Below the pieces are notes generated by a model that worked only from the letters and a program-made list of their open reading frames with translations, was not told where the DNA came from and made no database searches. A stretch of DNA of 64,000 bases from Alistipes sp. (lineage in GTDB: Bacteria > Bacteroidota > Bacteroidia > Bacteroidales > Rikenellaceae), in contig JAGBTO010000098.1 in NCBI GenBank assembly GCA_017631285.1, positions 598-64,597 on the forward strand. The letters are read 5' to 3'. The first letter of the stretch is position 1. Each line of letters begins with the position of its first letter. The translations under genes and the position numbers were made by a program. This document shows, in pieces, positions 18,478-29,704 of the stretch.

Positions 18478-19940
18478 TATTTTTTAGGAGCGTTCTTCAA
18501 GGTATGGAGCAGGAAGTCGAAGAACTTCTCAACCGAAGCAATCTCGACCTTCTCGTCAGGAGAGTGAGGATAACAGATTGTTGGACCAAACGAAATCATA
18601 TCCAAGCCTGGGTAATTCGAACCTATAATACCACACTCCAAACCTGCGTGAATAGCTGTAACTGCTGGACGCTTACCATAAAGAGCCTCATAAGATGCGA
18701 GCATAGCCTTCAGAATTGGTGACTCCATATTTGGAGCCCAACCGTCATAAGAGCCCGAGAGTGCAACCTCGAAACCAGCCATCTCCAACACAGCCTTGAT
18801 TGCATCGGTCAGAGCCTCCTTCTCTGAGCGTACAGATGAACGTGTAAGACACTGCACCTTAACTGTAGCACCATCCGACACCACGCGTGCCATATTGTTT
18901 GATGTCTGCACCAAACCCTCCATAGCAAGCGACATCTTATCAACACCATCTGGACAAGCCACCATAGCTGCCATCAACGCCTTTACCGTAGCACATGGCA
19001 TAACCTGGGCTGGTGCAACCGCTGACGATGCCTTAATCGAGATAGAATCCTCAACAGCTGCAAACTCAGCAACAGCCAACTTCTCGAATGCCTCAACCTC
19101 TGACTTAAAAGCCTCAACATCCGACGCCTTGACCATTACAACAGCCACCGACTCACGTGGGATTGCATTGCGCAAGCCACCGCCATCAACTGATGCCAAT
19201 CTAAAATCTATCTTAGCTGCCAACTTACGCAACAGACGGAACAGTAGTTTATTAGCATTGGCACGTTGGCAAACAATCTGGATTCCTGAGTGACCACCCT
19301 TACAACCCTTAACTGCTATTTCGAATGTCTCGTAACCTTCAGCAGGAGCCGCCTCAGCAGTATAGGTCAAAGTAGCATTCACGTCGGTACCACCCGCACA
19401 ACCTACATACAACTCGCCTTCGGTTTCCGAGTCCAAATTAAGCAAAATATCGCCCTTCAGCAAGCCACCCTTCAGACCAAAAGCACCATCCATACCTGTC
19501 TCCTCGGTAGCGGTGATAAGACCCTCAATAGGACCATGCTCAATTGAATCATCCTCCATGATAGCCAAGATAGCAGCTACACCGATACCATTATCTGCTC
19601 CGAGAGTTGTACCATTAGCTGTCACCCACTCACCGTCGATATATGCCTCGATAGGGTCGTTAATGAAATCAAACTCCTTATCGTTATTCTTCTGTGGCAC
19701 CATATCCATGTGAGCCTGAATAACGACACCCTTGCAATCCTCATAACCGGCAGTTGCAGCCTTACGCATATAAACGTTACCCGCCTCATCGACAGAGTGC
19801 TCGATACCATGAGCCTGAGCAAAATCGACCAAATATTGGCGAATCTTCGCCTCGCTATGCGAAGGGTGTGGAATATTACAAATTGCAGCAAAGTGTTTCC
19901 ACACAAGTGCTGGCTTCAACGCTTCTAAGTTCTTATTCAT
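18477..19940 (-). CDS. pepD: Aminoacyl-histidine dipeptidase (M20C)
   Basis: IPHPS, QAHMDMV, TLGADNGIG, TEETGMDGA, HAGLECG and HSPDE motifs. Confidence 0.95.
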   Translation of the reverse strand: MNKNLEALKPALVWKHFAAICNIPHPSHSEAKIRQYLVDFAQAHGIEHSVDEAGNVYMRKAATAGYEDCKGVVIQAHMDMVPQKNNDKEFDFINDPIEAYIDGEWVTANGTTLGADNGIGVAAILAIMEDDSIEHGPIEGLITATEETGMDGAFGLKGGLLKGDILLNLDSETEGELYVGCAGGTDVNATLTYTAEAAPAEGYETFEIAVKGCKGGHSGIQIVCQRANANKLLFRLLRKLAAKIDFRLASVDGGGLRNAIPRESVAVVMVKASDVEAFKSEVEAFEKLAVAEFAAVEDSISIKASSAVAPAQVMPCATVKALMAAMVACPDGVDKMSLAMEGLVQTSNNMARVVSDGATVKVQCLTRSSVRSEKEALTDAIKAVLEMAGFEVALSGSYDGWAPNMESPILKAMLASYEALYGKRPAVTAIHAGLECGIIGSNYPGLDMISFGPTICYPHSPDEKVEIASVEKFFDFLLHTLKNAPKK

Positions 19941-19960
19941 AGTTTAAAAGTTTTATATTG

Positions 19961-20986
19961 TTAATTATTATCTTCATTTCGATTGCGAGGCATACGTACC
20001 ACAGGAGCCTCCTGCATAGCTTTAGCCTCACGCTCAGCACGCTTATCGAAGGCATCTACGATGTACTTCACCAGTGGGTGACGCACAATATCGCGCTTAT
20101 CGAACTCCACCATACCTATGCCATCAATACCTCGCAGGGTCTCCATAGCCTGCGTAAGACCGCTGTCGCTTTTGCGCGGAAGGTCAATCTGCGTCACGTC
20201 GCCCGTGACGATAAACTTCGCGTTGCGACCCATACGCGTAAGGAACATCTTTATTTGCGAGCGAGTGGTGTTCTGCGCCTCGTCCAAGATTACAAAGGCA
20301 TTATCAAGTGTACGACCTCGCATATATGCCAAAGGAGCTATCTGCACTGTACCATCTTCCAGATATTTCTGCAACTTGGCAGCAGGTATCATATCGTTCA
20401 GAGCATCATACAAGGGCTGCAAGTAGGGATCCAACTTCTCCTTCATATCACCAGGCAGAAAACCCAATTTTTCGCCCGCCTCAACGGCAGGACGTGTCAG
20501 TATTACCCTGCGTACCTCACGCTCTTTCAGAGCCCTCACAGCTAATGCGATAGCGGTATAGGTCTTACCCGAACCCGCGGGACCTACGGCAAACAGAAGG
20601 TCGTTCTTCGCATACTTCTCCACCAGCTTACGCTGATTCACCGTGCGGGCACGTATCACATTACCATTATTGCCATACACAATGGTATCCTTATCACTAA
20701 CCGGTTCTGCTGCATCACTCAAACCGGTAGAAAAGGCCTGAGTGACCACTTCATTGGATATATGACCATATTTCACATAATATGCCACTAAGGCACCTAT
20801 CTTGCGCTCGAAGCTATCAACATCCTTCTTAGCGCCCAGAACCTTCAAAGATGAGCCTCGAGCCACAACCTTCACACGTGGCGAGAGCTCACGCATAAGC
20901 TCGATATAGACATCCTGCGCACCATATAACTCACGCGCATCGACACCCTCTAAAATAATCTCCTTATTTATTGACTCTGTTGTCAT
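19961..20986 (-). CDS. phoH: PhoH family ATPase
   Basis: GPAGSGKT, TRPAVEAGEKLGFLPG, YMRGRTL and ILDEAQN motifs. Confidence 0.95.
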   Translation of the reverse strand: MTTESINKEIILEGVDARELYGAQDVYIELMRELSPRVKVVARGSSLKVLGAKKDVDSFERKIGALVAYYVKYGHISNEVVTQAFSTGLSDAAEPVSDKDTIVYGNNGNVIRARTVNQRKLVEKYAKNDLLFAVGPAGSGKTYTAIALAVRALKEREVRRVILTRPAVEAGEKLGFLPGDMKEKLDPYLQPLYDALNDMIPAAKLQKYLEDGTVQIAPLAYMRGRTLDNAFVILDEAQNTTRSQIKMFLTRMGRNAKFIVTGDVTQIDLPRKSDSGLTQAMETLRGIDGIGMVEFDKRDIVRHPLVKYIVDAFDKRAEREAKAMQEAPVVRMPRNRNEDNN

Positions 20987-20992
20987 ATTTAG

Positions 20993-21619
20993 TTAAAACA
21001 TATATCCTATTCCCACACTTAACCACCAACCCCGCATGGCATACTCTACACCTTCGAAATAGTTGCTGGTTTTACCCAGGCTACCCGTAAAACGTGCATC
21101 AATGAGCAGATGTTGTGTAAGCGACACCCCTACCTGGGCAACATACCCCACCAACGAACGCATCTGCCCTGCCTCCAAGCGTTCATACTCGGTATCATAA
21201 CGACCAGCGGCCAGGGGTGTAAGCACCACACCTGCACCAAAACGCATAGGGCGAAGACCCCTATACGAAAACATCACGGGGACCTCGACAAGGTTAGACT
21301 TTATCTGTGACTTACGCTGACCCAGCGAGGCATCAATCTTATTGTATAGATACCCCACCTCCATCTGCAAGGCATAGGCTCTATCCCACTGCAACGAAAA
21401 CTGCAATGCTGCCCTCATACCCATCTTGGGCGAGAGTTCCACAGCTGGATTTGACGAACTGAGATTCATGTAATTTGCCCCCACCGCAACACCCATCTCC
21501 ACCGAACGACGAATCATATCGTCACCCGAAAATGAGTAATAGTTGTAGTTCTGCGCACCACATACACCCGCCATAAGGCTGGCAATTACAGAAACGACTA
21601 TTTGACGCCACAAAGTCAT
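20993..21619 (-). CDS. Outer-membrane beta-barrel (porin family) protein
   Basis: Signal peptide, alternating beta strands, C-terminal IGYMF. Confidence 0.75.
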   Translation of the reverse strand: MTLWRQIVVSVIASLMAGVCGAQNYNYYSFSGDDMIRRSVEMGVAVGANYMNLSSSNPAVELSPKMGMRAALQFSLQWDRAYALQMEVGYLYNKIDASLGQRKSQIKSNLVEVPVMFSYRGLRPMRFGAGVVLTPLAAGRYDTEYERLEAGQMRSLVGYVAQVGVSLTQHLLIDARFTGSLGKTSNYFEGVEYAMRGWWLSVGIGYMF

Positions 21620-21791
21620 CAGCTGAGAGTTTAATATTATTCAATTTTCAAATATACAACATTTACACGAAACAACGAAATTTTTTAGGCGTAGAATTAG
21701 GCATAGTTGAGACTTCAAAAGTTTCAAGGGTTTACGTAAAACTGCACATCCACGAAATTTACTCAATTCTTGCAACGTTGGCAACAACCAC

Positions 21792-21819
21792 AAAAAAAGC
21801 GAGGCTATTGACCTCGCTT
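21792..21819 (-). terminator. Intrinsic terminator of der
   Basis: AAGCGAGG-ctattga-CCTCGCTT hairpin with a minus-strand T-tract. Confidence 0.75.
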
Positions 21820-21876
21820 AGTATAATATGATAATGTGTATAAGATGTAGAAATCACAAAACCTCATTAGACACAT

Positions 21877-23181
21877 TTACTTCTGACGGAAGTATATTTG
21901 AATAGGCACTCCCGAAAAGTCCCACTGCTCGCGCATCTTGTTCTCAAGGTAACGACGATAGCTATCCTTAATATACTGTGGCAGGTTCACAAAGAAAGCG
22001 AACTGCGGTGTAGGCGTAGGAAGTTGTGTAGCATACTTGATACGTATGTACTTACCCTTGGTTGATGCTGGTGGGTAATCCTCGATAACAGGCAAGATAA
22101 AGTCGTTGAGCTCATGTGTAGGAATTCGACGCTTGCGCGAGTTATATACACGTATAGCCTGTTGCAACACCTCCAAGATACGCTGCTTGTTGAGCACCGA
22201 TGTAAAGATAATGGGTATATCGTTAAACGGAGCAAGTTTCTTCTCCAGGAACTCCTTCCACTCTTTCATGGTATTGCTCTCCTTCTCGATAAGATCCCAT
22301 TTATTCACCACAATAACACATCCCTTGCGGTTACGTACTATAAGGTTGTGGATATTCAAATCCTGCGACTCCAAACCCTGCTGGGCATCGAGCATAAGGA
22401 TACACACATCAGAGTTCTCGATAGCACGTATTGAGCGCATAACTGAATAGAACTCCAGGTCTTCCATCTCCTTACCCTTCTTACGCATACCAGCGGTATC
22501 CACAAGGTAGAAGTCCATACCGTACTTATTATAACGTGTATGGATTGAATCACGTGTAGTACCTGCAATATTGGTTACGATGTTACGCTCCTCGCCCAAA
22601 AGAGCATTGGTAAGAGATGACTTACCCACATTAGGACGACCCACGATGGTGATACGTGGCAGGTCATCAAACTCCTCGGCCTTGGTATCCTCGGGCAACT
22701 GCTTGAGGATTTCATCCATCAAGTCACCTGTACCACTACCCGACATTGAACTGATGCAGAATATATCACCCAAACCCAACGAGTAGAACTCATGAGATTG
22801 GTATATAAGGTCATAGTTATCAACTTTGTTGCACACTACCAGAACCTTCTTACCTGAACGACGCAACACGTCGGCCATCATCATATCAAGGTCGGTAACA
22901 CCGGTTTTAACTTCTACCATAAAGAGGATGAGATCGGCCTCATCAATTGCCAACATCACCTGACGACGTATATCATCCTCGAATATATCATCTGTATTTA
23001 CAGCATAACCACCTGTGTCGATAATTGAAAACTCCTTACCATTCCAGTCGGTCTTGCCGTAGTGGCGGTCGCGTGTGGTACCTGCTGTTTCATCGACGAT
23101 AGCCTGACGATGACCCACCAAGCGGTTAAACAGTGTTGATTTACCCACATTTGGGCGACCTACAATAGCTACTAAACTCAT
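21877..23181 (-). CDS. der: Ribosome biogenesis GTPase Der (EngA)
   Basis: Two GRPNVGKS G-domains, each with GTTRD and DTxG. Confidence 0.98.
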   Translation of the reverse strand: MSLVAIVGRPNVGKSTLFNRLVGHRQAIVDETAGTTRDRHYGKTDWNGKEFSIIDTGGYAVNTDDIFEDDIRRQVMLAIDEADLILFMVEVKTGVTDLDMMMADVLRRSGKKVLVVCNKVDNYDLIYQSHEFYSLGLGDIFCISSMSGSGTGDLMDEILKQLPEDTKAEEFDDLPRITIVGRPNVGKSSLTNALLGEERNIVTNIAGTTRDSIHTRYNKYGMDFYLVDTAGMRKKGKEMEDLEFYSVMRSIRAIENSDVCILMLDAQQGLESQDLNIHNLIVRNRKGCVIVVNKWDLIEKESNTMKEWKEFLEKKLAPFNDIPIIFTSVLNKQRILEVLQQAIRVYNSRKRRIPTHELNDFILPVIEDYPPASTKGKYIRIKYATQLPTPTPQFAFFVNLPQYIKDSYRRYLENKMREQWDFSGVPIQIYFRQK

Positions 23182-23211
23182 CTTAATTGGGTTTTATGCG
23201 TTATTACGGCG

Positions 23212-23219
23212 CAAAGATA
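23212..23219 (-). promoter_or_regulatory. -7 promoter box (TATCTTTG) for der
   Basis: TAnnTTTG 30 nt upstream of the ATG. Confidence 0.65.
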
Positions 23220-23319
23220 CTACAATATAATTCAAATTTCAAATTTCGAATTCAAAATATAAGTCTTACACAATGCTATCATGCTCCGAATGAGTTATGA
23301 TGAAAGGTGATATACAACC

Positions 23320-24282
23320 CTACTCCACCATCGGTACTACAATCTTTGACGACACACCTAACACATATTCATTACTATGCTTGTCGCGTTTGATTGATAA
23401 CGGAGCTATCAGCGTCTGACGTGTTTGCACCCTCTGGCCACTATTGTGTGCATGATAGACCATATAATACCCCCTGCCCTTCTTAAACAAGGCATGATGG
23501 CCCGTGCCGTAGTAACCCATATGACGATGCAGAATAGGATTACCCTCATATCGTTTGTAAGGTCCCATAGGCTCATCAGCGACAGCATAACCCACGGCAT
23601 AGTCCTGACTGCGAAAATCGTTACCACTATATGTTAGGTAATACTTGCCATCTAACTTTATCACCATAGGGCCCTCGACAACACGACCCAAAAGATGCTC
23701 CCACGTACCCTCCTTGGCATCCAAGAGGTGACGTGCAGTCTCCAACTTCACATGATGCAAATCGTCACTCATCTGGGCTACCCAAATAGCATTTCCATTG
23801 GTAAAGCGCACCCAAAACATATAGGCCTTGCCATCGTCGTCAATGAAGATTGAAGAGTCGATACCCTTCTCCTGAGGTAGGTATGGGCTATGCTCACGCT
23901 GCACAAAAGGTCCCATAGGCGAGTCGGATTCGGCATAGCATATATGCTCCTGACAACTATATGTCATCAGATACCTATCGCCCACCTTATACACCTCGGG
24001 TGCCCAATACATCTTATCGCCCCACACATCATCCTTATGTAGTGCCAACTTATTCTTAGCCTTTCCGCAACGGTCACTCCACGATTTCAAATCCTTCGAA
24101 CGATAGACCACAATACCATCTGCGGCATGAGTTCCATAGATGTAGTACCACCCCTCAGCCTCCAAAATGAAGGGGTCAGCCAACAGCAACTGATTATGCT
24201 GCGCCACGCCCTCCGATGATTGCTGCGCCACTGCCGACAATGCTACTACAACAAATGACAAAATACAAAACAGTCTTTTCAT
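23320..24282 (-). CDS. Glycoside hydrolase family 43 (five-bladed propeller)
   Basis: Signal peptide; ADPFIL..YYIYGT, WAPEV, IDSSIFIDDDG, EGP and GTGHH motifs. Confidence 0.9.
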   Translation of the reverse strand: MKRLFCILSFVVVALSAVAQQSSEGVAQHNQLLLADPFILEAEGWYYIYGTHAADGIVVYRSKDLKSWSDRCGKAKNKLALHKDDVWGDKMYWAPEVYKVGDRYLMTYSCQEHICYAESDSPMGPFVQREHSPYLPQEKGIDSSIFIDDDGKAYMFWVRFTNGNAIWVAQMSDDLHHVKLETARHLLDAKEGTWEHLLGRVVEGPMVIKLDGKYYLTYSGNDFRSQDYAVGYAVADEPMGPYKRYEGNPILHRHMGYYGTGHHALFKKGRGYYMVYHAHNSGQRVQTRQTLIAPLSIKRDKHSNEYVLGVSSKIVVPMVE

Positions 24283-24299
24283 AGTATCTCATTTTGAAT

Positions 24300-25082
24300 T
24301 TAATATACATGAACACTCACCCCCTGCGCCGATGGCAAGTAATTTATTCCCCACCAACACATCTGCAACATAAGGAAAGCAAATATCAACAATGCAAACA
24401 ACACATTGTGATCCTTGGAAATCTTCCTCAAATGCAAATAGAGCAGATAGCCCAGCCACGTTGCAGCAGCCCACGTCTCCTTGGGGTCCCATGTCCAATA
24501 ATCCCCCCACGCCTGCTTTGCCCACAGAGCACCCATAACCATTCCAAGGGTGAGAAACGCCCAGCCAATACGCACAAGGTTATCACACACACCCATCTCC
24601 TCCGCAGAAGGTTCCTTATGCGAGGGTCGCAACCACAAATACAGAGCAAACAGAGTCACTGCTCCCATCATAGCATAAGCAAACATATATACTATAACAT
24701 GTGGTACAAACCACGGACTTTGCAGAGCTGGCATCAACGACTTACTATGTATCTCAGGCCTAAGAAGGTTGATGCTAATAAACACCACCGACATCAGCGT
24801 ACTGAACGAAAGTATCCACCTATATCGCCACCTTAGATAGACTGCAATGCCCGCCAATGATAGAAAAAACGAGTACCAAAGACGAGTCTCGCCCATAGTA
24901 CGTAGTGGAGGACGTTCCAACGAAATCCACATACCTACAATGAAGGCAAAGAATATCACCGAGCCAATTGCCGACACCGAAGCAGTTGGCACAACAGCCT
25001 TCCCACGCATAGCCATCACTGCACCCACCAACCAACATAGGGTCGCTGCAACTGCAAAAATTAATAGATTATCCCAACTCAT
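24300..25082 (-). CDS. ccsA: System II cytochrome c synthase CcsA
   Basis: PALQSPWFVPHV and the WWD domain GALWAKQAWGDYWTWDPKETW; multi-pass membrane protein. Confidence 0.93.
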   Translation of the reverse strand: MSWDNLLIFAVAATLCWLVGAVMAMRGKAVVPTASVSAIGSVIFFAFIVGMWISLERPPLRTMGETRLWYSFFLSLAGIAVYLRWRYRWILSFSTLMSVVFISINLLRPEIHSKSLMPALQSPWFVPHVIVYMFAYAMMGAVTLFALYLWLRPSHKEPSAEEMGVCDNLVRIGWAFLTLGMVMGALWAKQAWGDYWTWDPKETWAAATWLGYLLYLHLRKISKDHNVLFALLIFAFLMLQMCWWGINYLPSAQGVSVHVY

Positions 25083-25084
25083 AA

Positions 25085-26311
25085 CTACGCCCCCTTCTGT
25101 TTTTTAGGTCCGAAATGTCTGCCTCCCGCCGTTAAGAACATCACCACTGCCGTTACCAAAATCATCCACAACGCAACTCGCACCACCGGCCACCAGCCAT
25201 CCTTGACACACTCCACCACACTCGAAGAACTCCATCTGCCTCGCTGGGTGTCGTATCCCACCTGATATATTCTCCACGAGCCTACACGCGCAGGTTTATT
25301 CACCTCGACATCTTCGCGCCACTGCTCGCCCTTCTCATCCATAATCTCGATGCGTGAGAGATAACGCTTTGCCTCACGTCGTGGCATTGCCACAGCATAG
25401 CGCTCATCCAGCCACAAGTAGGCCGGTTCGAATATATGCGAGCCACAGCTCACCCATCCTTCACGCTTTTCGTCTGTTCGAGTATTTCTTGCCTCGACCT
25501 TCACTGCAGGCACCGCACCCACATGATGTACCTCCATAAACTCCTCACTTTGAGGCATACGTACAGCCATATCTATGCTCTGCTTGACCTTCAGTTGCCA
25601 GCCATTAACCTCGGCCTCAGCACCCTCGTACTCGGCAAGCAAAAACTGCTCTGACGAACTCTCGGTTTTAGTATCCAGGACATACAACTTAGCAGGATAT
25701 TCCTCCATCTTGAACTCTTTGAGCGTCAAAGCAAATGGTAACTCATAATCCTCGCCATCATGTGTTTGAGCCATATATGTCATCCTATCGAGCTGCATAT
25801 TCACCATCACTCGCAGCTTATCCGCTGAACCAAACATTGATGATGCAAGCGCAATAAACACTACCACATGCGAGAGCAACGTAGCCACCCGCATATGACG
25901 CCAATGATGCAGGTCACGCATCACCGTCACACCCAACGTTGTAAGAAAATAGAAAAAGATGATAATAAATATCCACGACGAAGTCATACGCGAGAAGCCC
26001 AGCGCTCCAATCACCCCCTCAGTAGAAGGGTCCTGGCGCGTGAAGCCAAATATTATAGTCAGCAACAACATTGACGTAAGCGACGACACCATTGCATAAC
26101 TATCTGATAGCTGTTGTAGCCACTTCCATTTTGCGCCCTGCACATAGACAAGTAGCAACAGATATAAATAATTGATAGCGAGGATAAGTCCCCACGGATA
26201 GCGCAAGAAACTATTATCGAAATCACCGAACACAAGCTGAAGCACCGCGCCCACAACAAATAGCAGAGCACAACGCAGGAATGCTCGCTTATAACCCCAC
26301 TGTAAGTTCAT
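25085..26311 (-). CDS. resB: ResB-like cytochrome c biogenesis protein
   Basis: Four N-terminal TM segments with a conserved H, periplasmic domain with VEVNKP..VGSWRIYQ.GYD, C-terminal TM; adjacent to ccsA; start taken at MNLQWG. Confidence 0.85.
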   Translation of the reverse strand: MNLQWGYKRAFLRCALLFVVGAVLQLVFGDFDNSFLRYPWGLILAINYLYLLLLVYVQGAKWKWLQQLSDSYAMVSSLTSMLLLTIIFGFTRQDPSTEGVIGALGFSRMTSSWIFIIIFFYFLTTLGVTVMRDLHHWRHMRVATLLSHVVVFIALASSMFGSADKLRVMVNMQLDRMTYMAQTHDGEDYELPFALTLKEFKMEEYPAKLYVLDTKTESSSEQFLLAEYEGAEAEVNGWQLKVKQSIDMAVRMPQSEEFMEVHHVGAVPAVKVEARNTRTDEKREGWVSCGSHIFEPAYLWLDERYAVAMPRREAKRYLSRIEIMDEKGEQWREDVEVNKPARVGSWRIYQVGYDTQRGRWSSSSVVECVKDGWWPVVRVALWMILVTAVVMFLTAGGRHFGPKKQKGA

Positions 26312-26358
26312 AGTAAAATTTCCTATCTCATTAATATCATTTTGGTCGTAAGCCCCAA

Positions 26359-28674
26359 CTACTCTACACCCCAATCCGGGTTAGGCTCTGCACCCATTTG
26401 CAGCTCCAGCTCTCCGCCCGCGGCTATATCACTAAAGTTAATATAACACTTGTTGTATGGCTCACCATTGAGCTTAGCACTCTGGATATAGACATTATCT
26501 GGAGTGTTATCAAGTGTACGCACCACAAACTTATCCCCGTTTGCATACTCCTTATCAAGTGCGATGGTGACACTCTCAAACACCGGAGATGTAATTTCTA
26601 TTCGCTCCTCGCCCGGACATACAGGGTGCAAACCCATAGCCGCCAGCACATACCACGCCGACATCTGACCAGCATCCTCATTTCCCACAATACCCTCGAC
26701 CTTATCGGCATAAGCCTGACGGCAGATAAAGCGACTCCAATATTGAGTTAGGTAAGGTGCACCCAAGCGGTTAAACATAAATGGGACGTGATGCACAGGC
26801 TCATTGGCATGATTATAATAGGCATTCCAATGCATATCGGCAGGAGCCTTCTCAAAGAAATTTTTCAGGTCGGCAACCGCCATTTCCTTGCCACCAAGTT
26901 TATCAGCCAACCCGTCAATATCATGAGGTACAAACCAACCCTGCTGATAAGGTGTTGCCTCCATACACCCATACCACTCCTTTGTGCGGGCATTCTCGGG
27001 CCACTCCACCCACTCGCCATCAGCTCGGCGAGGACGGAACCAACCCTTCTGGTCATCAAACAAATTGCGCCACGCCTGCGACTTAAGCTCGAATATCTCT
27101 GCATCCTCACTCTTGCCCAACGCCTTTGCCAGCTGCGCAATACACCAGTCAAAATAGGCATATTCAAGCGTATGAGAAATTGATGTTCCTGACACGGTAT
27201 AGCCCAACTCACCATTTCCAAACGCTGCCGACGAATTTACCGCATAGCTAAAAGCCTCCTCAACGTCGTAGTTACGAATACCCTTCACGTAAGCATCCGC
27301 CAAAACCGACAAAGCAGGATTGCCGAGCATACATCCCGTATAGGAGTTAAACAACTCCCATCGTTCGTAGTATTGGCGGCCACTCGTACGTGCCTGCTCC
27401 ATCAACGAACAGATTACATCATTCACAACCGAGGGGTTTATAATCGTCTGCAACGGCATCTGACTGCGGAAGACATCCCAGCCGCTAAAGAGTGTACGCT
27501 TGACAAACTCATCGCCCGACTGATGCACCTTGAAATCACCGCCTATATAACGTCCATCGACATCGGTATGAATACGAGGCTCAAGCATAGTACGATACAG
27601 GGATGTATAGAATATGCGCTTATCAACATCACTACGTCCCTTAACTTCAACTCTCGCCAAAGCTTCATTCCACTGTTCAAATGCCATCTTACGCACCTTA
27701 TTGAAGCTCTTACCCGCAACTTCAGCATCGAAGTTTCGCTTTGCACCATCTACATCGACATACGAGATAGCAACCTTGAGTTCAACCTGCTCTCCCTTGC
27801 GGGTATCAAACTCGCCAAAAATACCGATGTGCTCACCTCGCAACTCCTTCTCGCCTCGAATGATGGCTGCCTGGGCAACCCTTGCGAGATACTCGGGAGT
27901 AACCACATCGTTATTTTTTCGAGCCCAACCGTCGGGAATATCAGCGCTCCAGAAACCCCACTCATCGACCGAACGACTTAACTCGGCATAGAAATAGAGT
28001 GTGTATGCAACCTTGCCATCACCATTGCCCCAGCCACCTGTCTGCGGTGTGCAACGCATCCATCCACTGAAGGCTCTATCGCTTTCTATCTTGACATACT
28101 GCTCTTCGGAGCATCCTCCCACTCTTCGTGCCAAATCGACCTGCACACGCGAAAGGTCGCTCTTGGGATAAGTAAAACGCAATACACCACAATGAGGCGT
28201 TGCCGAACTCTCGGCATAAATATCATAATCGGTCAGGCGTACGCCATACCAACCCGCCTCGGCTTTTTCCGAGGACTTGTCATAATGAGAACGCCAACCC
28301 TTCACAGAGCCATCCTCACGTCCGGCAATAGTATGTAGTTCACCCGTTGTTGGCATAACCATAAAATTACCCATATCGCCATACCAACCCACACCACTCA
28401 TCTGCGTCATTGCAAAGCCCTCAATGGTGGTGTGCTCCGAGCTATAACCTGGAGCATTATCTCCGCCCGTAATGGTATTGGGGCTTACTTGTGTCATTCC
28501 GAATGGAGTAGTAGCACCTGGATATGTCTTGCCAAGTCCGTGATAAACGCCTGCGGCATCAACACTTGTACTCGCACCTATAAAAGGATTAACCCACTGC
28601 GCTGGGCATTCCACCCTCTTGCCGCACGACGCAACCAATAGAGCCAAAGCCAGCATATATAACACCCTCTTCAT
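26359..28674 (-). CDS. GH92 alpha-mannosidase, lipoprotein
   Basis: VNPFIG, PGATTPFGM, WDVFR, HANEP and GNEDAGQMSAWYV motifs. Confidence 0.93.
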   Translation of the reverse strand: MKRVLYMLALALLVASCGKRVECPAQWVNPFIGASTSVDAAGVYHGLGKTYPGATTPFGMTQVSPNTITGGDNAPGYSSEHTTIEGFAMTQMSGVGWYGDMGNFMVMPTTGELHTIAGREDGSVKGWRSHYDKSSEKAEAGWYGVRLTDYDIYAESSATPHCGVLRFTYPKSDLSRVQVDLARRVGGCSEEQYVKIESDRAFSGWMRCTPQTGGWGNGDGKVAYTLYFYAELSRSVDEWGFWSADIPDGWARKNNDVVTPEYLARVAQAAIIRGEKELRGEHIGIFGEFDTRKGEQVELKVAISYVDVDGAKRNFDAEVAGKSFNKVRKMAFEQWNEALARVEVKGRSDVDKRIFYTSLYRTMLEPRIHTDVDGRYIGGDFKVHQSGDEFVKRTLFSGWDVFRSQMPLQTIINPSVVNDVICSLMEQARTSGRQYYERWELFNSYTGCMLGNPALSVLADAYVKGIRNYDVEEAFSYAVNSSAAFGNGELGYTVSGTSISHTLEYAYFDWCIAQLAKALGKSEDAEIFELKSQAWRNLFDDQKGWFRPRRADGEWVEWPENARTKEWYGCMEATPYQQGWFVPHDIDGLADKLGGKEMAVADLKNFFEKAPADMHWNAYYNHANEPVHHVPFMFNRLGAPYLTQYWSRFICRQAYADKVEGIVGNEDAGQMSAWYVLAAMGLHPVCPGEERIEITSPVFESVTIALDKEYANGDKFVVRTLDNTPDNVYIQSAKLNGEPYNKCYINFSDIAAGGELELQMGAEPNPDWGVE

Positions 28675-28813
28675 ATACTTTTTAGCTTACATATATTACC
28701 ATTATTCAGGCATAAATGCTATACCCATTCCTAAAATATGCTTTGCCCGACACTCACCTTTAAGGGCAAGCATCAAGGCAAAACACTAAACAATTTCAGG
28801 CATAAAAACCTTA

Positions 28814-29692
28814 TTAATCAAACACTTGCGACATAGAATTTCCACTCCACATCTGCGGCACCTTCAAGCCGAATGCCTCGGCAAGAGTGTGGGCTGTATC
28901 CTGCTGCAACATAACCTCCGAGAACTCACCGCCCTGTTTGATATTCTTACCCGCAATGATGAACGGAGTCTCCATCTCCATCATCGACTGACCGCCGTGA
29001 CCGTGACCAATGCCACCGTGATCCGACGTTACAACGATGATACTATCGTCATAGATACCCGCCTCCTTGATGGCTGCGATAATCTCGGCCAAATAGCTAT
29101 CCAACTCCTCCATACGAGCATAATACTCCGCCGTATCGTGGCCCTTGCTATGACCTACATGATCGGGGTCATCATAGATGACAGCCATAAAATCGGGCTT
29201 CACTTTCTTGATATAATCTGCCGACGCTGCGGCAATGTCCTCGGGTTTGAGCTGAACGCAGTGGTCGATAGCCTTCTCATCCAACAGCGGCCTTATACCA
29301 CCCCACTCAAAGATACAAGCGGTCTTTGACTCTGGCATCTGCTCACGAATGAGCGAGAAGATTGTTGGGAATACTCCATTCTCGTTCACATAGGCAGGTT
29401 CAAGCGGTGCTCTCTCGCCATTGTCTGTCCAGCCCGTGAGTTCGGTGGTAGCACCCATAAACATTGATGCCCAATTTGGTGCGCTAACCGATGGGAGGAC
29501 TGTACGCTTCTTCAGTGTGTAACAGCCCTGCTCCATCAAAGCTCTCGTTGCGGGCATCTCGACCGAGTCCATACAATATGAGCCCCAGCCGTCGAAGCCA
29601 ATCAGGAAGATATGTTCCGCCTGACGCTTGCCCTCGCACGACGACGTCAAAGCGGCAACCACGATTGCCACCAAGAGAAAATATCTCTTCAT
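28814..29692 (-). CDS. Alkaline phosphatase/nucleotide pyrophosphatase superfamily lipoprotein
   Basis: GFDG, PSVSAPNW (Ser nucleophile), DHVGH and TSDHGG metal ligands; lipobox TSSC. Confidence 0.85.
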   Translation of the reverse strand: MKRYFLLVAIVVAALTSSCEGKRQAEHIFLIGFDGWGSYCMDSVEMPATRALMEQGCYTLKKRTVLPSVSAPNWASMFMGATTELTGWTDNGERAPLEPAYVNENGVFPTIFSLIREQMPESKTACIFEWGGIRPLLDEKAIDHCVQLKPEDIAAASADYIKKVKPDFMAVIYDDPDHVGHSKGHDTAEYYARMEELDSYLAEIIAAIKEAGIYDDSIIVVTSDHGGIGHGHGGQSMMEMETPFIIAGKNIKQGGEFSEVMLQQDTAHTLAEAFGLKVPQMWSGNSMSQVFD

Positions 29693-29704
29693 TTGGTTAT
29701 GCCA

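Noticed and set aside
17656-18567. 303-aa plus-strand ORF
   Set aside because: Antisense shadow of the lipid kinase gene, with no recognisable motifs.
23228-23260. Short degenerate tandem repeats (TTCAAAT-like), also around 17450-17505 and 21705-21790
   Set aside because: Low-complexity AT-rich intergenic sequence with no consistent unit or spacers.
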